The notes beneath the pieces were generated by a model, which worked only from the letters and a program-made list of their open reading frames with translations, was not told where the DNA came from and did no database searches. From Nitrosopumilus sp. (GTDB lineage: Archaea > Thermoproteota > Nitrososphaeria > Nitrososphaerales > Nitrosopumilaceae): a stretch of 64,000 nt of DNA. The position numbers and the translations under genes are program-made. The stretch spans positions 704,001-768,000 of the forward strand of contig OZ244651.1 in assembly GCA_965218695.1 (NCBI GenBank), written 5' to 3'. Of this stretch, positions 22,044 to 31,200 are shown piece after piece (the first letter of the stretch is position 1; each line of letters begins with the position of its first letter).

Positions 22044-23569
22044 GTAAGTGTTCACGTGGTTTAACTCATTTTTAGGCGTATTTTGCAATCTCCGCCAAGT
22101 AATCCAATTTCTTGTTTTTCCATGTCATTACACATGAAAAGAAATTCGCCATCCACGTCATCGTCTCCTCTGCCCTTATGCTGCCCCGTATTTTTCTGTG
22201 CACGACTATCTCGCGCAACCCGCGTTCTGCAGCATTGTTTGTAGGCGGGATCTTTGGGTTCAGCACGAACCGGAACAGGTCGCTGCCAGCATTGCTGATC
22301 TTGACCATGAATTTTTCCAATATTGGATCGTCGGCGTACCTTGCAACGATCTTTTCGATGCATGACGTCAGCATGGCAGACGCGTTGTCCCGGAGAGAGC
22401 GCGAGCGTTTCCTGCTTGCCCTTCTGGCATAATCATAGATTATGCGCAGGTGCTTCAGGACGTTGCGCGCGCCTGGGCAGTCCGGATTGCGGTTGCAGAT
22501 GTCCCTGGCCTCGCGTATTATGTGCGACCAGCAGCGCTGGACGCGGTATTTTCCGTACGCCGTCCAGCCGTCGCACACTAACGTGCCGTCCCAACCCCCA
22601 AGCGCTTCTTTCAGAACCTTTGCCCCCCGGCTGTCCCGTATCACGTACAGCGCGTGCCCGGTCAGCGGATCGTGCAGTATCCACACCCAGACGTTGCGGC
22701 CGTTTAGGTGAATCGATGTCTCGTCGGCGTGCAGTATCTTGGCCTTGCGTATCATGGCGGCAATGGCTGCCGCAGGGGCGCCCAGCGACGTTCCCAGCCT
22801 GCGCATTATGTTGTGCGCCGTGCCCGAGGAGAGTGTAATTCCGTACCGCGACATGCGGTCTGCGATCATCCTAAACGGCATGCGACACACGTAATCGTCT
22901 GCAACATCAGTCGTTATGCTCGGATCGTAGCTGCCCTTGTCTGGAAGGCCGGTCTCGGGCTTGATGTCCACCAGACCGCAGGAGCAGCGACACGTGTTTA
23001 TGGTGTGGCGCGTGGTGATGACCTTTATCGTGCGCTCCACCCTGGTAATGTCGCGTTTTTCTGACTGCACTATGGAAAGGCTACCCGAGCCGCATTCGGG
23101 GCAGGCCTCCGGGGTGTGTTCCTCAAACTCGGTGGGTTTTGGCTTGCGGGTGCGGCCCATGTGGCCTTTTTGCCCCCCGCGCGACTTCCCGCTGCCGGCC
23201 GCATCCACGCGGTCCTTTTGATCCCGGGAGGCTTTTGTGGATTTATTGTAGGCATTCTTTTCGTCGCCTTTTCCCTTTGTGTCAGGCCATCCGGGCCCCC
23301 TTTTTTGTGATGACGGGGTGTTGTAATTGTCATGCCGCACCAGCCTGCGCTTAAGATCAGCAACTGCCAGATTCAATTCCTCAATTATCTGCCCTTGCAT
23401 CTCAATCGTCTGCTTGAGCTTGATGTTCTCAGTCTTGAGATCCGTGTACATCTTTTTGAGTTCAGCCTGGCTTTTCACATCGGGTTTGGATTACCATCCT
23501 ATTTGGATCTGTGGTTTGCACAAAATTTACCCAAGAGTGAACTGAATTAGGCACGACGTGAACACTTAC
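22044..23569 (-). mobile_element. IS66-family element, copy B
   Basis: Same 1526-bp element; 8-bp TSD GAACCAGA. Confidence 0.95.
22072..23478 (-). CDS. IS66 TnpC transposase
   Basis: One K/R difference from copy A in the translation. Confidence 0.95.
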   Translation of the reverse strand: MKSQAELKKMYTDLKTENIKLKQTIEMQGQIIEELNLAVADLKRRLVRHDNYNTPSSQKRGPGWPDTKGKGDEKNAYNKSTKASRDQKDRVDAAGSGKSRGGQKGHMGRTRKPKPTEFEEHTPEACPECGSGSLSIVQSEKRDITRVERTIKVITTRHTINTCRCSCGLVDIKPETGLPDKGSYDPSITTDVADDYVCRMPFRMIADRMSRYGITLSSGTAHNIMRRLGTSLGAPAAAIAAMIRKAKILHADETSIHLNGRNVWVWILHDPLTGHALYVIRDSRGAKVLKEALGGWDGTLVCDGWTAYGKYRVQRCWSHIIREARDICNRNPDCPGARNVLKHLRIIYDYARRASRKRSRSLRDNASAMLTSCIEKIVARYADDPILEKFMVKISNAGSDLFRFVLNPKIPPTNNAAERGLREIVVHRKIRGSIRAEETMTWMANFFSCVMTWKNKKLDYLAEIAKYA

Positions 23570-25210
23570 GAACCAGATGAAGAAAGGACCTCCTTCAGGT
23601 AGCACGCTGGGGCCGGTAATAAACTGGGAAGAGGCAAACGTCCCCGGCAGCGCCGTTTCAAACAATTAATTCCGTGCACATCGTGGTGCTGCAAGGTTGC
23701 GCACGTTATTTTGTATTTCTGGCAGGACAGGATCCCCACATGGCTAACATGGCGAGAATTAAATCAGAATTTTTAATATTTTCTGGGTTTTTCTGGTTTA
23801 ACCCAACGAAATGGAGGGATTACGCATGGCTTCTAATACATAAATCTTGTAGATCCCCGAGTCTGCAAGTGGTTTGAATGAATGACATCTGCCTCTTTCA
23901 TCGGGATCATTTCCGAAAATGATTCTTTTCTGTACGTGACTGGATCAAAAAATTCAATCTTTACCGTGGGAGAAAGCGGAATGCACATCTCTATCCCAAT
24001 TGAAAGGAGTCCCAGATTGCCCCCTGAAAACTGTCCAAACTCGTTGTGCAGACTCGCAGGATTATCTGAAGTCCATAGCGGGATTTTTGTAGCGTTTGAA
24101 AGAACCATGACCCCCATCTGACCTAGCACTTTTGCAATTAAGCCAAATGATTCCATTATGCCAAGATGCATTCCAGTTTTGCCTTCTTTAGTAAGTCTCA
24201 TTTTCCAGTCGGTAACCCCTTCAGATTTTGCAATTTCATCCAAAAGTTTTTGAAATGTCTGTTCTGCCCTCGTTTTTCTTTCTAACGTTCTAAGATACTG
24301 CAATGCAACAAAAGAACGAAAATCGTTTTTTTCTTTTTCAGAAATCTTGGAATAGTTTAGCGTCTCGATGATTTTTTAAATCACGACACTTGCGTTTCCC
24401 TCCAGTCTGCTCATCGCGGTTTCCATTGGATGTGATTTGTTTTTACCAGCATGTCCGTAGAAATCTTTTTTTAATGCAAGATTTGCAGGATTGGCTCCTT
24501 TTACTTTTCCGGATGTTTTGTCATAATAGTAGATTTTATCACCAAAATTTCTCAGATAAAACCGGGGTACAAAATGGGATCGTATTGTCAACGCGCGATC
24601 TCCACCGGCATGGTCTTGTAGTGTGTTTTTTAGGTATAAGTAATTAAGCAGTGTTCTTTTGTGATTTTACTAGTCCATCTGAATTCAAATACAAGATCTG
24701 TTGCTTAGGCTTATCAGGTAAGAAATTCTTGGGCAGGCACTACAGAACAGTGCCCAAAAACGAGACTAATGATTGGGTTTGATCTCCAGTCTCACGTACT
24801 GCTGCCAGTCTTTCTGTAAATCTACCCACTCTTTGTTCTGATGTTTTGTAGTCCCTCCCCTTCTTCTGGAAACGACTCAAGATAGCTATTCGCGGCACCG
24901 ACCACAATCCCTGCAAGCTCCAACTCTGTCTCAGCTTGAAGTGTGATTCCCGGAAATTCCATGCATTGTACGCTAAACTTACCCCCATCTTAACTGCACG
25001 CCGTAAAAGGGGGCTCGTTTTTCTGTTTCATGGACATGTTGGCTGGATGCAATACGAGATCAATTTTATCCTGCGGTTCTTCTGCAAGCACGGGCACTGA
25101 TTCAAGACGTCGCACTGAATGCGGTCTGGCCATTCAAGACCGCGTCGCCCCTTGGAGGGGCGGTGGCGATAAGAGGGATTGTGGCCGCATTGGAGGCCGG
25201 ACGCGCCAGG

Positions 25211-25223
25211 CCCCCTTTTAAAA
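25211..25223 (+). promoter_or_regulatory. C-rich BRE/TATA motif CCCCCTTTTAAAA
   Basis: 27 nt upstream of GTG 25243. Confidence 0.72.
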
Positions 25224-25242
25224 CACGCGGCACCGTTAATCC

Positions 25243-26763
25243 GTGAAGGAGAAGATCTTCAGCTCAAACTTTGCAATCACCAAACTCAAGCCGGCAGACA
25301 CTGATGCCAGGATACTCGAAGAGTATGCAGTCGGGCCGGCAAGGGTAAGCATAACGTCTGACGGTGTCTACAACGTCGTGCTGCCAAAGATCTCCGAGGG
25401 GGCAGAAAGACTCCTCCTCCGCCACATGGACGGCATATACGAAAAATTCTCCGGCGCGACCGACGAGGACCACACGGCCGTCATAGACAGGTACATAGAC
25501 GACGCCGAGATGGACGGGGACGACTTCAGGGTGTGGCAGAGGGAGCGCGAGACTATACGGTACTACCTGCATGCAGAACTTGACGGCTTCCGCAAGATAG
25601 ACGTGCTGATGAACGATCAGGAGATAGAGGACATAATATGCACCGGGTACGGCAAGGCAGTCGCCATAATCCACAAGGGGTTCTCGAACATGCGGATGCT
25701 CAAGACCAACATACGCTTTGGCACGGTGGAGGACGTAAACGAGTTCATCCAGATAATAGCGACCAGGTTCGGCAAGCCGCCGACGTTTGCCGCACCCATA
25801 ACGTACTGCTCCACGCCGGAGAACCACAGGATCACGTTTGTCGGAAAGGACAGGATATCCCCCGACGGCCCCTCCTTTGCGATAAGAAAGTTCCCCGAGT
25901 CCCCGCTGGTGGTTACCCACCTGATTGAAGACGGCGTAATCAGCCTCGAGTTTGCAGCATACGTCTGGATGCTAATAGACGCCACGCCGTTCCTGCTGAT
26001 AGTGGGCGAGACCGGCAGCGGCAAGACCACGCTGATAAACGCCCTCATGTGCCTCTCCGACCCGCGCATGCACGTCATGGTGATTGAGGATACCCGGGAG
26101 CTGAGGATGCCGCACTACTGGGCAGAGTACAACATAGCAGCAGAGGGCGGCGGCGGTCGCTCCAGGGAGGGCGATTCTGTCCACAAAGGCACGAGCGTGA
26201 TGGACCTTGTCCGCATGACTCTCCGGAAAAAACCGCATTTCGTGCTGATAGGGGAGGTTCGGGGAGAGGAGACGCGGGAGATGTTCCAGGGAGCAGTATC
26301 CGGACACGGGGCCATGACCAGCTTTCACGCAGCCGGGGTGCCAGAGACGTTTGCCCGGCTGAGATCCGAGCCGATCAACATCACCGACAACCAGCTGATG
26401 AACCTCTGGGGAGTGCTCCATGTCACCAAGCTAAAGACGCAGACCGGAACGACTGCCAGACGCATGCTGACTTATGCAGAACTGTACGTGGATAAAGACG
26501 GCGGGATACGCCACCAGACCGTCTTCGGGTACGACCACAAGACAGACACGATCATGCCGCGCAGCAACGCCGAGATCATCGGCAACAGCAGGAGGATCCA
26601 GTACGCTGCCAACAGGTTCGGGGTGCCAGACATCGCAGCCGAGCTCGACCGGCGCAAAAGACTGCTGCAGGAGTGCATCGATGCCGGCGCCTACACGGTG
26701 CAGAAGGTCTTTGGCATCACGTCTCGATGCTACGACCATGCCAGCCCCTCAGACCGCCTCTGA
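25243..26763 (+). CDS. Type II/IV secretion ATPase (TadA/VirB11/FlaI family)
   Basis: AIRKF, GETGSGKTT, IEDTREL, IGEVRG and SGH...TSFHA motifs. Confidence 0.93.
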   Translation: MKEKIFSSNFAITKLKPADTDARILEEYAVGPARVSITSDGVYNVVLPKISEGAERLLLRHMDGIYEKFSGATDEDHTAVIDRYIDDAEMDGDDFRVWQRERETIRYYLHAELDGFRKIDVLMNDQEIEDIICTGYGKAVAIIHKGFSNMRMLKTNIRFGTVEDVNEFIQIIATRFGKPPTFAAPITYCSTPENHRITFVGKDRISPDGPSFAIRKFPESPLVVTHLIEDGVISLEFAAYVWMLIDATPFLLIVGETGSGKTTLINALMCLSDPRMHVMVIEDTRELRMPHYWAEYNIAAEGGGGRSREGDSVHKGTSVMDLVRMTLRKKPHFVLIGEVRGEETREMFQGAVSGHGAMTSFHAAGVPETFARLRSEPINITDNQLMNLWGVLHVTKLKTQTGTTARRMLTYAELYVDKDGGIRHQTVFGYDHKTDTIMPRSNAEIIGNSRRIQYAANRFGVPDIAAELDRRKRLLQECIDAGAYTVQKVFGITSRCYDHASPSDRL

Positions 26764-26859
26764 GCCAAGATTATCCCGTCATGCCTGCCCCGTGTTTTTG
26801 TGTATGTATATAATATAAAGTAATATAATGTTTATATGGATTGGTGCCGTATAACAACC

Positions 26860-27630
26860 ATGAAACGAACCAAGAAATCATACAGGGACGTCATGAGCGA
26901 TCTCCTGGAGTCGTTCAAGGGCGGCGACCTGCCTGAGGCCGTCGCAAGGACGTACATGGACTTTCCGGACGTGCCATGCGCAAGGTATTCTGTAGTGAAC
27001 AGGCTTTTGATCATGTATGCCAGGACAAGCGACGCGCGGGGGTATAGGCAGTGGGAGAAGGCGGGGCGCCGTGTCAAGAAGGGCACCAAGGCGTTTTACA
27101 TATTCGTGCCTAAAATTGTTCCCAGAAGGAACAAGGATGGAGAGGAGAATGAGAAGGAGACTACATGTACGGGGTTTGCAATGGTGCCGATGTTCAGGTT
27201 CGAGGACACCGAAGGCCAGCCGCTTCCAGAACATGCGCCGGTCACGATCCCGCCTCTCGTGGATGTGGCAAAGAAGGCGGGAATAGACGTGACGTGGGGG
27301 AGGAGCGCCGGCGGGGAATACGGATACTTTAGCCCGAGCTCGAACCAGATTAACCTGTCAAGCGAGGATCCGAAGGTGTTCTTTCACGAGCTGGTCCACG
27401 CATACGACAACAAGACTACAAAGCTCAAGGGGGGACAGGATCCGGTGCAGGAGTGCGTGGCAGAGTTCGGCGCATGCGTGCTGGCAATGGTCTTTGGGAT
27501 CTCCGTGGACAAGTCGTCTTACGACTACATCAGGTCTTACACCGGCGAGGTTCCAAACATGTGTCAGAAGGTATTGGCGCGCGTTGACGGGATAGTGAAG
27601 AGAATCCTGAAAGACCACGAGGCCGCCTAA
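26860..27630 (+). CDS. ardC: ArdC-like ssDNA-binding/antirestriction protein with zincin domain
   Basis: YSVVNRLLI, GYRQWEKAGRRVKKG and FHELVH...ECVAE motifs. Confidence 0.85.
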   Translation: MKRTKKSYRDVMSDLLESFKGGDLPEAVARTYMDFPDVPCARYSVVNRLLIMYARTSDARGYRQWEKAGRRVKKGTKAFYIFVPKIVPRRNKDGEENEKETTCTGFAMVPMFRFEDTEGQPLPEHAPVTIPPLVDVAKKAGIDVTWGRSAGGEYGYFSPSSNQINLSSEDPKVFFHELVHAYDNKTTKLKGGQDPVQECVAEFGACVLAMVFGISVDKSSYDYIRSYTGEVPNMCQKVLARVDGIVKRILKDHEAA

Positions 27631-27792
27631 ACCCCATCTTATTTTGAGGTGTGATTTCTTTGACAAACGCCGCGGGGAGATCCTAGCGGCAGCTGTGTGT
27701 CATTCCTCTGGATCCGCAGGCTGGCGGCTTTCCAATGATAGCTCAAATTGCTCGGAGCCGTCGGATTGCCGGCGGCTCTTGATGAGTTGACA

Positions 27793-27866
27793 ATACCTGC
27801 CAGAAGGTGCTGCTGACCATGGTCGACAAGATGGCCGGGGCGATCCTCAAAGACAACGAATCGGCT
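27793..27866 (+). pseudogene. Degenerate second copy of the ArdC 3' end
   Basis: CQKVLLTMVDKMAGAILKDNESA compared with CQKVLARVDGIVKRILKDHEAA. Confidence 0.6.
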
Positions 27867-27912
27867 CAAGCCGCTTCTTTTTCCTTTTTTATACCGAGTA
27901 ATTTTCAAGTAC

Positions 27913-28014
27913 GTGGACACGCATGTCTGGAAAGACAAGGGGATGGCGTCGGTGCCGGTGCTCGGCGCGGGCATGCTTGCCGTCGGGCTGGCGTTGCACT
28001 ACTACGTGGTTTGA
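27913..28014 (+). CDS. 33-aa single-TM peptide
   Basis: MDTHVWKDKGMASVPVLGAGMLAVGLALHYYVV; CCTTTTTTATA about 28 nt upstream. Confidence 0.45.
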   Translation: MDTHVWKDKGMASVPVLGAGMLAVGLALHYYVV

Positions 28015-28044
28015 GTTCTTATGTCGGGATTGTCTTGCCCGTTT

Positions 28045-28215
28045 ATGGAACCCAAAACGTTTGCCAGAATGTTGTTGCTCGTGGTGGCGGTGTTGGTCAT
28101 ATTGTCGGTAGCGTGGCAGGTCATTGCGCCTGCCGCGTGTAACGACCCGCCTGAGAGCCTGAAGCATGACTGGTTCGTGTTCCTGTGCGACCAGTACCGT
28201 CCTTCAACCGGGTAA
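28045..28215 (+). CDS. Small membrane-anchored/secreted protein with a Cys pair
   Basis: MEPKTFARMLLLVVAVLVILSVAW hydrophobic N-terminus. Confidence 0.55.
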   Translation: MEPKTFARMLLLVVAVLVILSVAWQVIAPAACNDPPESLKHDWFVFLCDQYRPSTG

Positions 28216-28218
28216 AAT

Positions 28219-28229
28219 CCCCTTTTATT
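28219..28229 (+). promoter_or_regulatory. C-rich BRE/TATA motif CCCCTTTTATT
   Basis: 26 nt upstream of GTG 28249. Confidence 0.7.
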
Positions 28230-28248
28230 GTATGCCATAATTCAACCC

Positions 28249-31200
28249 GTGGCCACGATTGTACCCGCGGGGCTGATTGCGTTAATTGTGTTTGCCGCGG
28301 TTCCCGCGCATGCAGACATAGAGTCCGAGCGCCTGGCCAATTTTGAGCACCAGAAGTGGTGGGTCGGCAAAGACCTGGACGTGGGCGACATGTTCATTTA
28401 CGAGTTGTGCGACCCCGACACGTTCTCCGGCCTGTACGGCGGGCAGCCCTGGAATGAACGCTGCTATCACATCTCACTCCACTTCGTCACGCTGCTTTTG
28501 GGCGGTTCCGGGCCCGAATGGGTGGTCCAGGCCGTGGCCGTAAACGGGGCAGGCGACAGGCAGTACGACGTGTACAACATAGACGCCGACACGATGCAGA
28601 TAAACAGGCTGACTGACGACCGCGGGATTGCCAAGGCCGTCCAGCGCACCATATTCGGGCTCACTGATTTTACCACCAAGGGCGCAAAACCGCTGATCGT
28701 CGGTGAAAGCTGGGGCGCGGTAAACTCTGCCATATCCCCGCCAATCAAATTCGTCGTAAGGGACGTGGCAATAGACGACAACGACCGTGAGGTGTTTCGC
28801 GCAGGATACACCACGACGTCCCCGTCGCTGCACAGGATAACGCTAAACGAGCCGTTCCCACTGGGCGCGGACGTGTACAACCCGCACAGGCTGCAGCCCG
28901 GTTCTGACAGGCTTTACAGTTATGATCTCGTGTGGAGGGGCAATTCGTTTTCCGACGACTTTAACGATGATGACTGGTTTGGCGTACTAGGCGGCCTGGA
29001 GGCCGGGGCATTCAAGGGCCTTCCAAAACTGGCCGCGGATCCCGGAGCCGCCGTCTTTGATTTTTGCACGCTTGACGTCCTCGAACCTGCCGCACCCGCC
29101 GCCGATTTGTTCGACGAGTTGGATTTGGTTGACGAGTTGGACGCAGAGTTTCTGGACGATTCCGCCGAGTACGTAGTTGAGGTTGAAGTAGATGGCGAGG
29201 CCGACGTTCCAGAATTGCCGGAAGACACGCCGGCCATCGTGGACGTGATAGAACCGGTCACCGACGTTTATGAGGACGTCACTGTAGACGAGACCGGTCC
29301 GTCAATAGGCGGCACGCCGGCGTTTGAGTACTGCGTCGATCTGCTCAACTCGGAAGGACTGACCGTGGTGCAATACGAGTTTGAACCCTTGCCAGAAGTC
29401 GACATTGACGTGAATTTTGACGGTAAAATCATTGAGGATGAATTATTTGCAGGCGGCTTTCCCAATGAGGAAATTCTTCCAGAGCAGGATTTTGTAGATT
29501 TGGAGGACGATTTGTTTGATTTCCCAGAGGACGACGCGCCACAGGAGTTTGATCCGCCGGAATTTGAAGACGTCCGGCCCGGTCCGAATTTGCCGGAAAT
29601 CGAGGCCGTAGAAGAGCAGGTCGAGGCAGATCAGTTCGGCCCCGAACTGCCAAGCAATTTCACCGGATCTGAAGAAACGCCATCCGTGGCCGAAGTCGTG
29701 ATAATGGAGGAGGTTTCAGACGAAACCGTTCCTGAAGAGAGCGTTCCAGACACCACTTCGGATGAAATTGTTCCCGAGGCCACGGACAAAAACGTGGACA
29801 TTCTGTCTGGGATCATCGATGGAATGACGGGGTTCTTTGACGACATCGTGGGGTTCTTTGACGACATCGTGGGGTTCTTTGACGACATCGTGGGGTTCTT
29901 TGGTGGGTTGGGCGACGTGCTTGCTGGCGTGTTTGTCATGACGGCAAACGTGCTGGAAGTTGCACCTGAAGCATACGCGCAGTCTGACGATGACAACGTG
30001 ATTCAGCGGCTCCTAGATATCATAACCGGAAACAGCACGGCCGACGATATCCGCGACCATATTGAAAAAGAGATCTTGGATTTACAGAATCGGTTGGAAT
30101 CCGAGAATGATGACGGTCCGGCGTTTGACGCGGATGATTTGATATGGATCCCGGGCAAGATGATCGAAGGCTTGCAATACGAGGGAATGGTGTTGTTTGG
30201 TGACGCTGCAAACGACCCTAGGACGGTAATCCTGGCATCGTCTGATTCTGACGTCCTGGAAGTCGAGCGCGAGATAGTCGTGCAGGCGGGCAGGAATTCG
30301 GCCATATTTGGGATAGTCGCAAAGTCAGGCGGCACGGCCAAGGTGTATGCTGCAATGGGCGGGGAGGCCTTGGCGACTGACGACGGCACGGTATACGAGA
30401 TCAACACGGATCCGTACCAGATAATGCTGATTGCCCCGAATACTGACGGTTCGGCAATTCAAGACGACATATTTTCGTTCCCTGACGACATTCAAGTTCC
30501 AGACGGGTTTGATTTTCCGGACGGTACGGATTCATTCAACGATCCAGTGGATTCTGCCGACACGATGGTTGGCACGGATACCGTGCCGGTATTAGTTTAC
30601 GTGTTGGATCAGAACGGATCCCCGGCAGTCGTGGATACAGACATCGTGTTGAATATGGGTGCGTCTGTGGGCATCAGTGTTCCGGAGACAATCACGATTC
30701 CCGCGGGTTCCAGCCATAACAAACTCGTGGCAGGCATAGACCGGAGCGGCAGCATGCACGCGGCGGCCTCCGGCCTCCGGCCACACACCATCAATGTAGA
30801 CCACACGGTTGACAACATCGACGTGATGTTTGCAGTCGCGCCCACCGTAATAGCAGAAGGATCCGCCGCGTACTATTACGTCTGGCTGGAAAATGACGGC
30901 AAGCCGTACAAACCCGGCAGCATTATTGACGTTCAGCTTACTTCGTCAGACAGGGGCGTGGCTGGATTCGGCCGCGCATACACGGACGTGGAATTTGCCG
31001 GGTACGCGAATACGAATACGGTCAGGGACAAGGTACTGACCGTGCAGATGACCGATGGCCTCGCGCGCGGTTTCGTGTATACCGGGGAACGCGGCATCGC
31101 TACCCTGACGGCCTCGGTTTCCCAATATGGGACAGCGTCTTACGGCGTGCACGTGGGGGCAACCAGCATAAGCGATGCCGGACTGTGCACAGAATCCGAT

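Larger units (their letters stand above)
20822..23669 (+). pseudogene. ISL2-like transposase interrupted near its 3' end by IS66
   Basis: Near-identical to 17581-18894; the tail MKKGPPSG...SNN resumes after the IS66. Confidence 0.88.
20753..23834 (+). mobile_element. IS5-family (ISL2-like) element, copy B, containing a nested IS66
   Basis: Same TIRs as copy A; own 3-bp AAT duplication. Confidence 0.9.
19019..24591 (-). pseudogene. DUF4238-like protein broken by an in-frame TAA and three IS insertions
   Basis: SHFVPRFYLRNF, LWTSDNP and IPLSP motifs; TAA at 24376-78. The frame continues (FMYSSTKEFF...DTKNEGR...VNED*) after IS removal. Confidence 0.82.

Noticed and set aside
17416-23834. Composite transposon formed by the two inverted ISL2-like copies
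   Set aside because: Each copy has its own target duplication (ATT, AAT), so they are independent insertions.
25003-25013. CCCCCTTTTAC on the minus strand as another regulon promoter
   Set aside because: The nearest ATG is 20 nt away and the downstream ORF looks degenerate; not counted.
18724-29902. 21-bp tandem arrays as CRISPR
   Set aside because: No spacers; in-frame coding repeats; no cas genes.
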